A stretch of 20,322 nt of DNA from Candidatus Sericytochromatia bacterium. GTDB taxonomy: Bacteria; Cyanobacteriota; Sericytochromatia; S15B-MN24; JAQBPE01. The DNA lies in assembly GCA_040400605.1 (NCBI GenBank), contig JBBAPZ010000030.1, forward strand, positions 1 through 20,322, given 5' to 3'. Shown here piece by piece: positions 8,882 through 18,171 of the stretch (position 1 is the stretch's first letter; every line of letters begins with the position of its first letter). Under the pieces are notes generated by a model. The model searched no databases. It was given only the letters and a program-made list of their open reading frames with translations, and was not told the DNA's origin. A program made the translations under genes and the position numbers.

Positions 8882-9516
8882 AGGTTACGGCAGGCGCAGG
8901 CGGCGTTGCAGGTGAATACCGCCTTGCTGACCTTCTATTGGGGACTGGGCGCGGACATCGTGGAACGCCAGAAAACAGCCGAGTGGGGCAGCGGGTTCCT
9001 GAAGCAGTTGAGCGCTGACCTGATGGCGGAATTTCCGGACATGCAGGGGTTTTCACACAATAACCTTCAGTACATCAAGCGATGGTATCTCTTTTATGTG
9101 GAGGGGATCGACAAATATGGAACAGGCTGTTCCACATTTTCGGAGCCAGCGACGGCGCAAGCGCCGCAATCCGTTTCAGTGCAGAATCACGCACAGGCAA
9201 TGGTATCAATGGATGATACCCAAAACGAGCAATGGATCATTGCCCGGTTGGTTCAGATTCCCTGGAGCCACAATCTGGTCATCATCTCCAGATGCCATGA
9301 TGTCAATGAAGCGCTCTACTATGTGAATCAGACCACGGCGCAAGCGAACGATCGGGATTCTGCTATGCAAGACACGGGATCGCGTGGTGGTGGAGTATGC
9401 CCTGAGCGATATTCACAAACCCATGGGCGTTTCGGAATATCAGCTCACCCGCGCCTTGCCCGATTATCTCAAACCGAGCCTGCCATCGATTGAAGAACTG
9501 GAAGCGGAGTTCGGTG
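8882..9516 (+). pseudogene. DUF1016/YhcG-family PD-(D/E)XK protein with internal deletion
   Basis: N-terminal AALQVNTALLTFYWGLGADI...WGSGFLKQLSADL...GFS..NL...IPWSHN...EALYYVNQT jumps at ~9344, with a frame change, to the family C-terminus TIGILLCKTRDRVVVEYAL...PMGVSEYQL...SLPSIEELEAE. The central nuclease part and the true start are missing. Confidence 0.85.
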
Positions 9517-9593
9517 TCCCGGAGGGTGGCCACGAATATCCAGGATGCTCATCGGCCGTTCAACCCATCCGACCGTGGCAAACCCGCGCCCCC

Positions 9594-10895
9594 TCACTCC
9601 CCCAACAACACACTCGGCCGACCGTGGCACGACACCACCAACTCGCGCCGCGCCCGCGTCGCCGCCACATGCACGAGCGATCGCTCCTTCAGCCACGCCT
9701 CCGCCTGGGCCTGCGCATCTCGAACCCCCCTCACTACCCCCTGCGGCGGCACCACCCCCTCATTCACACCGGCCAGCCACACCCAGTCAAACTCTAACCC
9801 CTTCACCCGATGCATCGTCGCTACCCGCACCCCAGGCACCCGCGCCTCATCCCCCTGCCGATCCAGCGCAAAACACTTAACCCCACGCGCCTCAAACGCC
9901 TCCACATATCGACCAACCAGCCACTTGCTTCGTGCCACCACACACGCACGCTTCCACACAACCTCAGGCGCCTCACCCTCTGTCGCCACCCCCGCCAGTT
10001 CCTTCAACCAGGCCACGATCGCCTCAAAATCCTCGTCAAAGCTCGCAAAACGCCGCTCAACCGGCGCCTCCCCGTGCATCAACGAGCGATAACCCCGCCC
10101 GTCATCCGCACCCCCATCCAGATCATCTACGGGCTGCCCCACCAGCAAGCTAACCGCCCAGCGCCTGATCTCTTCCGTCGTCCGGTAATTGATGCGCAAG
10201 GTGCGCGATCGCCCCCGCACCTGCACCCCACATTTGCTCAACACCACCGGATGCCCATAAATCCGCTGATGCGCATCCCCCACAATAAATAAATCATTCC
10301 CCGTCTCTCCGACAGGCACCACCTGCCGCAACAGCATCAACGCCTGCTCACCCAAATCCTGCGCCTCATCCACCACCACCGACCGGTACGGCAACCAGTC
10401 CGGCCGCGCAGCAAGCCTCATACGCGCTTCCCGCATCGCATCCGCCACCTCAAACCAACCCTCGCGCGCCAATCCCGCCCGATAATCCTCAAACACAGGC
10501 CAAATCTGTGCCCGCTCCCGCCGCGTCAAAGCCACCCCACGCCCCGTCCGCGTAGCCGCCAGATACCCCGCTTGATCCACCACACCCTGCGCCAGCACCA
10601 CCTGCTCAAACTCATCCCGCAAAAACTCCGGCGTGATACGCTCAACCACCGGCGCCATGCTCAACGCCCGCTTCCACAAAGCCTCCCGACCCTCATGGTC
10701 GCCATACACAACCGTGCCCCTCACCCCCAGATGCGTCAGCAACTCCCGCACCCATTGATCGAGATGCACCACCTCGATGCGACCCCTGTGCTCGCGCGGA
10801 CACAACCCATTCAACTGCTGGGAAATATCCAGCGCCAGATTGCGCGTAAAGGTCGTGAACAACACCCGTTCCGTCGCCCGCGTCATCAGATGCAC
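9594..10895 (-). pseudogene. UvrD/Rep-like SF1 helicase, lacking N-terminus and Walker A
   Basis: VLFTTFTRNLA (Ia), VVVDEAQD (II), VGDAHQRIY (III), LRINYRTT (IV), TMHRVKGLEFD (V), HVAATRAR (VI). No GxxGxGKT; the sequence upstream is the brxA-like gene. Confidence 0.8.
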
Positions 10896-11641
10896 TTCAA
10901 TGTCAAAAGCTCATCGTCCAGCCCATAGCGAACTACGTTGACCCGCTCGCTGCGCTGGGATACAAAATCGCCGGTCATCACGGGGAGATGGAAGGGGAAA
11001 AATGCCGGACTGTTCAGTAGCAGCCCCAACGCGCCCTTGGCCTCCGGGGTTGCAAGGAGTGCGGCTTCGAACATCAGGATCGCCAGGTTTGGCTCTGCAA
11101 TGCTCACCGGAACGGCTTTCTCATAGCAGCCTTTGGCCACGGAATCTTTCAGGACTCCCCAGGCGATAAAGGAGCGGAGGACAAATTTCGCATAGCGGCT
11201 AACGGTCTGCCGGTCACCATACTGTTCCTTTAGGCGATTGATGATCTGGGTCTGGGTCACCTGGTCCTGCAAGGCCAGCAGACGGCCGGTCTGCCGGGCC
11301 ACATTCAACCAGAAGGGATAGACCGCGGAGATCATTCCCCAGTGTACCGCCAGGGCCATGGACGGGTTTTCCCGGAGAAACGCCAGCGAGGCATCCCGGA
11401 ATGAAATCAACTCGGGGTCAGGAGACACCCAAATCCTCATCAGATTGCTGACTACAAAGCTCCGCGCCTCCTCGCTTCGTTTCCCTTCTGTGTCGTTGCC
11501 TTTTTTGTCCACAAGGAACTCATGCAGCTCTTGCCGGATGATTTTAGCGTCGCTCCCAACCAGTAGCAGATTGACAGCTCTTTGCATCCATTCGAGACGA
11601 ATCGTCTGCTTGATTCCAATCGCTTCGTGCCTTTTGCCCAT
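10886..11641 (-). CDS. BREX BrxA-like protein (resembles the type 3 BREX terminal gene)
   Basis: Likely start ATG 11641 (MGKRHEAIGIKQTIRLEW...), 251 aa. HWGM..AVYPFW..VARQTGRLL.LQ, EQYGDRQTVSR...VLRSFIAWGVL and SPAFFPF recalled as typical of BrxA/DUF1819-like genes following pglZ. No other brx genes in the window. Confidence 0.6.
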   Translation of the reverse strand: MGKRHEAIGIKQTIRLEWMQRAVNLLLVGSDAKIIRQELHEFLVDKKGNDTEGKRSEEARSFVVSNLMRIWVSPDPELISFRDASLAFLRENPSMALAVHWGMISAVYPFWLNVARQTGRLLALQDQVTQTQIINRLKEQYGDRQTVSRYAKFVLRSFIAWGVLKDSVAKGCYEKAVPVSIAEPNLAILMFEAALLATPEAKGALGLLLNSPAFFPFHLPVMTGDFVSQRSERVNVVRYGLDDELLTLKCI

Positions 11642-11979
11642 CACCGTGTCCGTCCGGTTCAGCGACGGAGACTGGGCTGCAGGGCCGAGATGAATGATGA
11701 CAAGGCTTGCGCGACCGCGGTATACGACTGAAGGAGCAGATGCTTCACAGGAGACGTTTGGTATGGGAAGCGCGACGGGTGATGAGCGGGTGAGCGAGAG
11801 ACTGCGGGTATTGCTTGGATAGCGAATGATGGTTGTTGCCGTTTGACTGCCTCGCGGGGTGTGGGTGCCTGGACCGGTTGTTTGGCAACAGTGATGATGT
11901 ACCACTTGAGAATGGGTATACTGCTGTAGTCCAAGGCGTTGGCCTGTGCCAGATAACCGCCAACACAGGAGACGATGCG

Positions 11980-13974
11980 ATGCCGAAGCTCCAGAATCTG
12001 AGAATGCGTTCGCCTCGTCGCGTGCGCTGTGCCGGGTTGCTGGTGATGGCGGTAATGGCGATCGCATGCGTGAACCAAACCCCACCCACGCTACCCAATG
12101 CAATCGCCAAGTTGCGCCCCAATGGTCGGCTGTCTGAAATTACCATCCGCGGGCGAGTGCTGTTGCCTGCTGGGCTTATCAGTGAAGCGGGTGGCTCCCT
12201 GATTTCAAACAATAGTGGCGGGCTGGTGGCCCAGGGGTTTGGTTTGATCAGCAACAATGCGGGTGGTCTCATCAGCAACTATCGCCTGTCGCGCGCAACC
12301 CGCCGGTTACAGGAAGCCTTTGAGCAACTGCCGGTTTCAGGCATGACAGTTGTGCTCGCAGACGCAAGCGGTGCGCCATTCAAAAGCCTTCCTGCCGTCC
12401 AGACCGATGCGGAGGGTCAGTTTACCATTCCCAAGGTTCCCAAGGGCTTGACCTACACCGTACAGGCCCAGTTGCCAACCCCCAAGGGGGGCATTCGGGT
12501 CGCCACGCTGGCAGCGTCAAGTGAGGCGGTCACGGTCTTCTTGGCCAGCACAATCGTCCTTGAGGCGGTGAAGCCCAAAGCAGGCACCCTCTGGGGTATC
12601 CTCGATGAGACGAAGCTGGCACGCGCCACTGACGCGTTGACGAAGGGCCTCGGTGTGGCAGATGTCCGACTGGCCTTTGTAAAAATCCTGACCGAGCAGA
12701 AAGGCCAAGTATTGGAGCGCCTCCAGACGCAGGCACCAGATCTCGCGGCTGACCTCAGCACCTTGGCATCTCAACTGGCACAGGTGTCCAAGGAGGCCGA
12801 AGCACTGGCTGTCAAGCTGCGCAGTCAACCGGAGGCGGTGGCGTCGATTCGGCCTGACGCTCAGCCATCGCCGGGTATTTCTTTGGCGCCTGGCATACGG
12901 CCAGGTCCGACGACAACACCTGTGCCAAGCCCAACCCAGAGTTCGATTTCAACAACTGTGGCAAGCCCATCTCCAAGTCCGACGCCATCTTTAACCTCAA
13001 TAGCACCTGCAAGCGTTCAGGTGACCACCTTGGCGGGGGCGACGAAGGGGTATGCGGATGGCACGGGTGCCGCTGCGCAGTTCAATGACCCTTGGGGCAT
13101 AGCCGTGGATACCGCCGGGAATGTCTACGTGGCTGATTCCGGGAACAATCGCATCCGCAAGGTGAGTTTCACGGGTGTGGTAACCACCTTGGCGGGGTCG
13201 ACGCTAGGGTATGCGGATGGCTCGGGGGCCACCGCGCAGTTCAGTTCCCCTGATGGCGTGGCGGTGGACGCCGCCGGGAATATCTACGTGGCTGACCGCA
13301 ACAACAATCGCATCCGCAAGGTGAGTCCCACTGGCGTGGTGACCACCTTGGCGGGGTTGATATTTGGATATGCGGATGGCACGGGTGCTGACTCGCAGTT
13401 CAAGAATCTTGAGGGCGTAGCAGTGGATGCCGCAGGGAATTGTTATGTGGCTGACTACGGAAACAATCGCATCCGCAAGGTGAGTCCCACGGGCGTGGTG
13501 ACCACCCTGGCGGGAGCGACAGTGGGGTATGCGGATGGCACGGGCATTGCCGCGCAGTTCAGCGCACCGCTTGGCGTAGCAGTGGATGCCGCCGGGAATG
13601 TTTATGTGGCTGACTACGGGAACAATCGCATCCGCAAGGTAAGTCCTAAGGGCGAGGTAACCACCCTGGCGGGGTCGACTGCGGGGTATGCGGATGGCAC
13701 CGGGGCCGCCGCGCAGTTCGATGGTCCTACAGGCGTGGCCTTGGATGCCGCCGGGAATGTCTATGTGGCTGACGTGAACAACCATCGCATCCGCAAGGTG
13801 AGTCCTGCCGGCGTGGTGACCACCCTGACGGGGTCGATGTTTGGGTATGCGGATGGCACCGGGGCCGCCGCGCAGTTCGATGGCCCCACAGGCGTGGCCT
13901 TGGATGCCGCCGGGAATGTCTACGTGGCTGACGTAAACAACCATCGCATCCGGAAGATCACAGTCAGCCCATAG
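11980..13974 (+). CDS. Lipoprotein with N-terminal beta-rich domain, Pro/Ser/Thr linker and C-terminal six-repeat NHL propeller
   Basis: SD AGGAG then ATG 11980; basic N-terminus, hydrophobic stretch and lipobox-like AIAC; LISNNxGG repeats; PTPS-rich linker; six 53-aa NHL repeats. Confidence 0.88.
   Translation: MPKLQNLRMRSPRRVRCAGLLVMAVMAIACVNQTPPTLPNAIAKLRPNGRLSEITIRGRVLLPAGLISEAGGSLISNNSGGLVAQGFGLISNNAGGLISNYRLSRATRRLQEAFEQLPVSGMTVVLADASGAPFKSLPAVQTDAEGQFTIPKVPKGLTYTVQAQLPTPKGGIRVATLAASSEAVTVFLASTIVLEAVKPKAGTLWGILDETKLARATDALTKGLGVADVRLAFVKILTEQKGQVLERLQTQAPDLAADLSTLASQLAQVSKEAEALAVKLRSQPEAVASIRPDAQPSPGISLAPGIRPGPTTTPVPSPTQSSISTTVASPSPSPTPSLTSIAPASVQVTTLAGATKGYADGTGAAAQFNDPWGIAVDTAGNVYVADSGNNRIRKVSFTGVVTTLAGSTLGYADGSGATAQFSSPDGVAVDAAGNIYVADRNNNRIRKVSPTGVVTTLAGLIFGYADGTGADSQFKNLEGVAVDAAGNCYVADYGNNRIRKVSPTGVVTTLAGATVGYADGTGIAAQFSAPLGVAVDAAGNVYVADYGNNRIRKVSPKGEVTTLAGSTAGYADGTGAAAQFDGPTGVALDAAGNVYVADVNNHRIRKVSPAGVVTTLTGSMFGYADGTGAAAQFDGPTGVALDAAGNVYVADVNNHRIRKITVSP
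13021..13974 (+). repeat. Six tandem 159-bp coding repeats (NHL blades)
   Basis: GT(G/A)ACCACC(T/C)TG at 13021, 13180, 13339, 13498, 13657 and 13816; the last two units are nearly identical. Confidence 0.95.
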
Positions 13975-14139
13975 ATGCGGGAAGGCGGGTAAGACCGTTT
14001 GAGATTTTGCGTCGCCTGTCTCCGGCACGCAGGATTTTGCAATTCAGCTGGCGTACCCTTTGATGTCTTCGGGGCCCAGCATGCTCATGAGGCTGGCGAG
14101 GAGGCGGTGCGGCCGTCGTGGAAGCTTCAAGGAATTATT

Positions 14140-14331
14140 GAGACGGTTGGCTTGCTCCCCTTTGATGAGGTGGAACGCTTGTTTCGCAACCATAGCAATC
14201 GCAATGATACGGCCCATGATTAGGGGGAGCGCTTTGCCCAGGAGACCCTGGTTATGCTGCCGGGGTTCATCGATGATATGCGCGTGTTGCTGCAGCGCTT
14301 GCAGCAGCCATTCAATGGCCTGGAGGAGTGA
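14140..14331 (+). pseudogene. HEPN toxin (nucleotidyltransferase substrate-binding type) C-terminal remnant
   Basis: GLLPFDEVERLFRNHSNRNDTAHD*GERFAQETLVMLPGFIDDMRVL...EE*. Rx4H motif, TAG at 14221-14223, terminal TGA overlaps the next ATG; 5' part not recognisable. Confidence 0.7.
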
Positions 14332-14530
14332 TGGCGTCAAAACGGGACCTACCGGCTCAGTACCGGGATCAGGTGCTTGCGATTTTGAGCGGTGTGGCAC
14401 CTGACATCGAGGTGTGGGCTTATGGCTCACGTGTTACGGGGGGGGCGTTTGAGGCAAGTGTTTGGACCTTGTACTCCGGAATCCGACTGACCCTGAACTG
14501 GAAACGGGGTCTCTGACGTCAATTAAAATT
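14331..14530 (+). pseudogene. Minimal nucleotidyltransferase (MNT) antitoxin, frameshifted and truncated
   Basis: MASKRDLPAQYRDQVLAIL...EVWAYGSRVTGGAFEAS then a 1-nt deletion at ~14460 before (D)LDLVLRNP, giving a GSx10DxD motif. The 3' end is approximate. Confidence 0.78.
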
Positions 14531-14664
14531 GCCGGTGATGGCGAACGCATGCGTCAACCAGAACCCACCCAAGCTGATCTGTTTTCAGTGGCCTAACACG
14601 CGCTGAATCCTTTCAATGATTACGCCGAAAGTTCAGGCCGGGCTCATGTGACGCCGGCCCAGAG

Positions 14665-14949
14665 TTACGGGAACAAGGCGACCGGCGAGAAGGCGTCAGG
14701 CACGACCCGCAGGACCTCTACGCGCTCCACCCGATCCTCAGCGGCGTAGATGGGCTCCCAATAGACCGCCCGATCACCTAATCCGTGGGCGCGAGCAAAA
14801 TCGTCGGGCAGCTCCAGCTGCACCCCAACCTCAGGGTACTGCCCGAGTCGCCCGATGAGGTCTTCGAGTAGCTCGGCGTGCTTCTCGAAGGGCACGAACT
14901 CGTTTAGGTCCAGTTCTGCTTGCGGTAAAAAGTCGACGGGTGCGGTCAC
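14665..14949 (-). CDS. Putative RelE/ParE-superfamily toxin-like protein (divergent)
   Basis: 94 aa directly downstream of the Phd-like gene; VDFLPQAELDL, RLGQYPEVG and VYW...VEVLRVV fit the RelE/ParE pattern; GAGGT upstream. Confidence 0.55.
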   Translation of the reverse strand: MTAPVDFLPQAELDLNEFVPFEKHAELLEDLIGRLGQYPEVGVQLELPDDFARAHGLGDRAVYWEPIYAAEDRVERVEVLRVVPDAFSPVALFP

Positions 14950-14970
14950 TGGGACGATTGAGACCTCGAA

Positions 14971-15336
14971 CTAGCTGGCAGGTGTGGCTTGGCGCGCCCG
15001 AGCCCGCTCAAGCATCTCGGCACTGCTGATGCGCGGCTTGCCAGCCGCCTCGCGGCGCACGTCCTCCAGCGACGGCCCACCGGCCACCAAGAGTCTGAGC
15101 TTGGCCCGCAGCTGGGCGTTCTCAACGCTGAGCTCGTCGCTCTTGGCTGCTTGGTCCTGGGTCTCGATGTACTTCTCAATCGCAACCATCGCCACGACAG
15201 GGGCTCCGTTCTTGCTCAGGAGCACGTCCACGCCGCCAATGGCTTCGTCGACCACTTCCTTGGCCCTCCGCTGGAGGTCGGTCACCTTCCGCGAAGTCAT
15301 TTTTGCACCACTCTTGAGAGTTAGAGGGCTTGCCAC
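14971..15336 (-). CDS. Phd/YefM-family antitoxin
   Basis: SD AGGAGGT before GTG 15336; KVTDLQRRAKEVVDEA...VLLSKNGAPVVAMVAIEKY is a Phd/YefM DNA-binding domain; coiled-coil-like C-terminal extension. Confidence 0.8.
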   Translation of the reverse strand: MASPLTLKSGAKMTSRKVTDLQRRAKEVVDEAIGGVDVLLSKNGAPVVAMVAIEKYIETQDQAAKSDELSVENAQLRAKLRLLVAGGPSLEDVRREAAGKPRISSAEMLERARARQATPAS

Positions 15337-15365
15337 GTTACCTCCTCGACCTTGAAACGGCCGGC

Positions 15366-15393
15366 ATTATAAAATACATACTATTGTACATGT
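15366..15393 (-). promoter_or_regulatory. TA operon promoter/operator: TATAAT and TGTACA palindrome
   Basis: Perfect TATAAT (minus strand, 15366-15371) in an AT-rich patch; TGTACA at 15385-15390 overlapping ACATGT. Confidence 0.5.
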
Positions 15394-15422
15394 GATTGTG
15401 CGTTAAATGGTATAAGGTCGCC

Positions 15423-16844
15423 TTACGTGTTCAGGGTGGTCGGCGAAGTGCTGTTGGCGTGCCTTTCGCGTGAGGAAGCGATCGCCTCCGCGACCCGTTC
15501 GGGTGCAGTGCCGCCGGCACTTTGGCGTCGCGTCACGCTGGCTTCGATTGTGAGCGCAGCGGGGGATGGGGCGCTGACCCCGGGGGCGAACGCTTGCCAT
15601 TCCGCTTTTGAGAGCTCCCATAATTCCTTGCCGTTGGCAAAACAGTGCGCGACCAATCGCCCGGTGAGTCGGTGGGCATCGCGAAACGGCAGGCCCTGGC
15701 TCGTTAGATAGTCAGCGAGGTCCGTGGCTGTTGAAAACCCGCGCGTGGCGGCTCGCCGTGTGATATCCGGTTTCCAGGTCAGTTGCGGAAGCATGGCGCA
15801 GTGCAGGTCGAGAATCGCGCTCAACGTATCGACGCTGTCAAACAGGGCTTCCTTGTCCTCTTGCAGATCCTTGTTATAGGCCAGCGGCAAAGCCTTGAGC
15901 GTTGTAAGCAAGCCCATCAGGTGTCCAAACACGCGACCGGTTTTCCCTCTTGTCAATTCGCTGACATCCGGATTCTTCTTTTGCGGCATCATGCTGGACC
16001 CCGTTGTGAAACCATCTGGATAGGCCAGAAAGCCGAACTCAAAGCTTCCAAAGAGGATCAATTCTTCGGATAATCGCGACAGGTGCACCATCGTGATGCT
16101 GCATGCAGCCAGGCATTCCAGTACAAAATCCCGGCTGGCGACGGCATCCAGGCTGTTGCGACTGGGGCGCGCGAAACCTAGGACCTGTGCGGTAAAGCTG
16201 CGATCAATTGGCCACGTTGTCCCGGCAAGCGCGCCCGCGCCCAGTGGGCATTCATCCATACGCTGGTAAGCGTCACCAAACCGGGCTTCGTCCCGTTCGA
16301 GCATGTCGGCGTAGGCCAGGAACCAGTGACTCAACAAGATGGGTTGAGCCACTTGCAAATGGGTGTATCCAGGCATGATGGTGGGGTGACCTTGGTCTGA
16401 CGCCATGTGTTTGTCCGCTTCCGCCACCAGTACGCTGCGCAAGTGGTGAAGCTGCTCCGCTAACCTGTGACACGCATGTTTGGCATAGAGGCGAAGGTCT
16501 GTTACTGTCTGGTCGTTGCGACTGCGCGCTGTGTGCAACTTGCCTGCAATCGGTCCGATGCGTTGCGTCAAAGCGTGTTCGATGTTCATATGCACATCTT
16601 CAAGTGTGGTTTGCCATTCGAATTGGCCACTGATTAGGTCCTCCCGAATGGTATGCAAGCCGTCCTGGATAGTTCCCGCTTCCTCGGCGGTCAGTATGCC
16701 GGTTTTGCCGAGCATTGCCACATGAGCGAGGCTGACGGCGATGTCGTACTCCGCCAGTCGCTGATCAAAGCTGATGCTGCTCGTGAATCGGGCAACGGAA
16801 TGCGCTGTCGGTGAGTCAAAGCGACCACCCCACATTGTGTTCAT
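15423..16844 (-). CDS. argH: Argininosuccinate lyase
   Basis: [66 protein letters not shown] overlap with the argG stop. Confidence 0.98.
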   Translation of the reverse strand: MNTMWGGRFDSPTAHSVARFTSSISFDQRLAEYDIAVSLAHVAMLGKTGILTAEEAGTIQDGLHTIREDLISGQFEWQTTLEDVHMNIEHALTQRIGPIAGKLHTARSRNDQTVTDLRLYAKHACHRLAEQLHHLRSVLVAEADKHMASDQGHPTIMPGYTHLQVAQPILLSHWFLAYADMLERDEARFGDAYQRMDECPLGAGALAGTTWPIDRSFTAQVLGFARPSRNSLDAVASRDFVLECLAACSITMVHLSRLSEELILFGSFEFGFLAYPDGFTTGSSMMPQKKNPDVSELTRGKTGRVFGHLMGLLTTLKALPLAYNKDLQEDKEALFDSVDTLSAILDLHCAMLPQLTWKPDITRRAATRGFSTATDLADYLTSQGLPFRDAHRLTGRLVAHCFANGKELWELSKAEWQAFAPGVSAPSPAALTIEASVTRRQSAGGTAPERVAEAIASSRERHANSTSPTTLNT

Positions 16845-18055
16845 TGTGCCAACCTTTCCGCATGGCTGTGTGAAGCCTGGAGGGTTTTTAGCCGCAACGC
16901 GTTCAATTTGATGAAGCCTTCCGCATCGGCCTGCTGATAAATGTTATCTGCCTCAAATGTGACCAGATCGCCCTGGTAAAGGGTGAGGGGACTTTGTCTG
17001 CCTACAACCGTGCAATGGCCCTTGTAGAGTTTGAGACGCGCTGTGCCTGTCACGCGGGTGGCCACATGGTCAAAGTAGACCTGCAGGGCCTCGCGTTCTG
17101 GCGCAAACCAGAAACCGTTGTAGATGAGCGCCGCGTATTTCGGGGCCAGTTGATCCCTTTGGAGTAAAACTTCGCGATCCAGGGTGAGGCTCTCTACCGC
17201 TCGTCGTGCGTGATACAGCAAGGTGCCACCGGGGGTTTCATATACACCGCGAGACTTCATCCCCACGTAGCGGTTTTCAACGAGATCCACTCGTCCAATG
17301 CCGTGGCACCCAGCAATCTGGTTCGCCGTTTGAAGCAGCGTGGCAGGGGACATAGGGAGCCCGTTGATGGCGATGGCATCCCCATTCTGGAAGGTGATCT
17401 CAATATACTCCGGTGTGTCTGGCCCAGTGATGGGATCCGCCGTCAAACGAAACATCGATGCGGGGGGCTCATTCCACGGGTCTTCAAGGGAGCCGCCTTC
17501 GTAAGAGACGTGTAACAGATTTGCATCCGTGCTATACGGGGATGCCGGACTCGTCGATACGGGAATGCCGTGCGTCCGGGCGTACACTTCAAGGTCTTGC
17601 CGGCCCTTGAACCCCCATTCCCGCCATGGCGCGATCACTTTAATGCCCGGATTCAGGGCGTAAGCGCTCAGTTCAAAACGGACCTGATCGTTCCCTTTGC
17701 CTGTTGCGCCATGAGCGATCGCCACGGCACCTTCGTCGGCAGCGATCGCCACCAGGTGCCTCGCAATCAACGGCCGCGCAATGCTCGTGCCAAGCAGGTA
17801 ATACCCCTCATACAAGGCACTGCTGCGCATCATTGGAAAAACATACTCCGTCACGAATTCTTCCTTCAGATCCCGCACATGAGCGGCCACCGCGCCTGTT
17901 TGCAGCGCCTTATGACGAGCCAGACTCACTTCGTCGCCTTGCCCGATGTCTGCCGTGAATGCAATCACTTCCAGACCACGTTCGTTTTGCAACCATTTGA
18001 GAATGATGCTGGTATCAAGCCCGCCACTGTAGGCGAGCACCACCTTGGGTCCCAT
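16841..18055 (-). CDS. argG: Argininosuccinate synthase
   Basis: [51 protein letters not shown]. Confidence 0.98.
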   Translation of the reverse strand: MGPKVVLAYSGGLDTSIILKWLQNERGLEVIAFTADIGQGDEVSLARHKALQTGAVAAHVRDLKEEFVTEYVFPMMRSSALYEGYYLLGTSIARPLIARHLVAIAADEGAVAIAHGATGKGNDQVRFELSAYALNPGIKVIAPWREWGFKGRQDLEVYARTHGIPVSTSPASPYSTDANLLHVSYEGGSLEDPWNEPPASMFRLTADPITGPDTPEYIEITFQNGDAIAINGLPMSPATLLQTANQIAGCHGIGRVDLVENRYVGMKSRGVYETPGGTLLYHARRAVESLTLDREVLLQRDQLAPKYAALIYNGFWFAPEREALQVYFDHVATRVTGTARLKLYKGHCTVVGRQSPLTLYQGDLVTFEADNIYQQADAEGFIKLNALRLKTLQASHSHAERLAQ

Positions 18056-18171
18056 GGTTTCCTCCTATCACTGTTCTCGCGTCGCCATCCTGACGCGACC
18101 TTCTACACACCCTCTACCGGTAACGGCTCAGCACTGCTCCCGCCAGGGACGACTTGAGTTGTTATTCTGGT

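Noticed and set aside
9490..10928. Several long Pro/His/Thr-rich plus-strand ORFs
   Set aside because: Antisense shadows of the skewed helicase gene.
11642..12103. N-terminal extension of the 405-aa ORF, and the 11833 start of the NHL lipoprotein
   Set aside because: The extensions overlap each other on opposite strands and look non-coding; starts at 11641 (-) and 11980 (+) fit better.
13021..13974. Diversity-generating retroelement acting on the NHL repeats
   Set aside because: No reverse transcriptase or non-coding template repeat in the window. Differences are not adenine-restricted, and neighbouring AAC codons are invariant.
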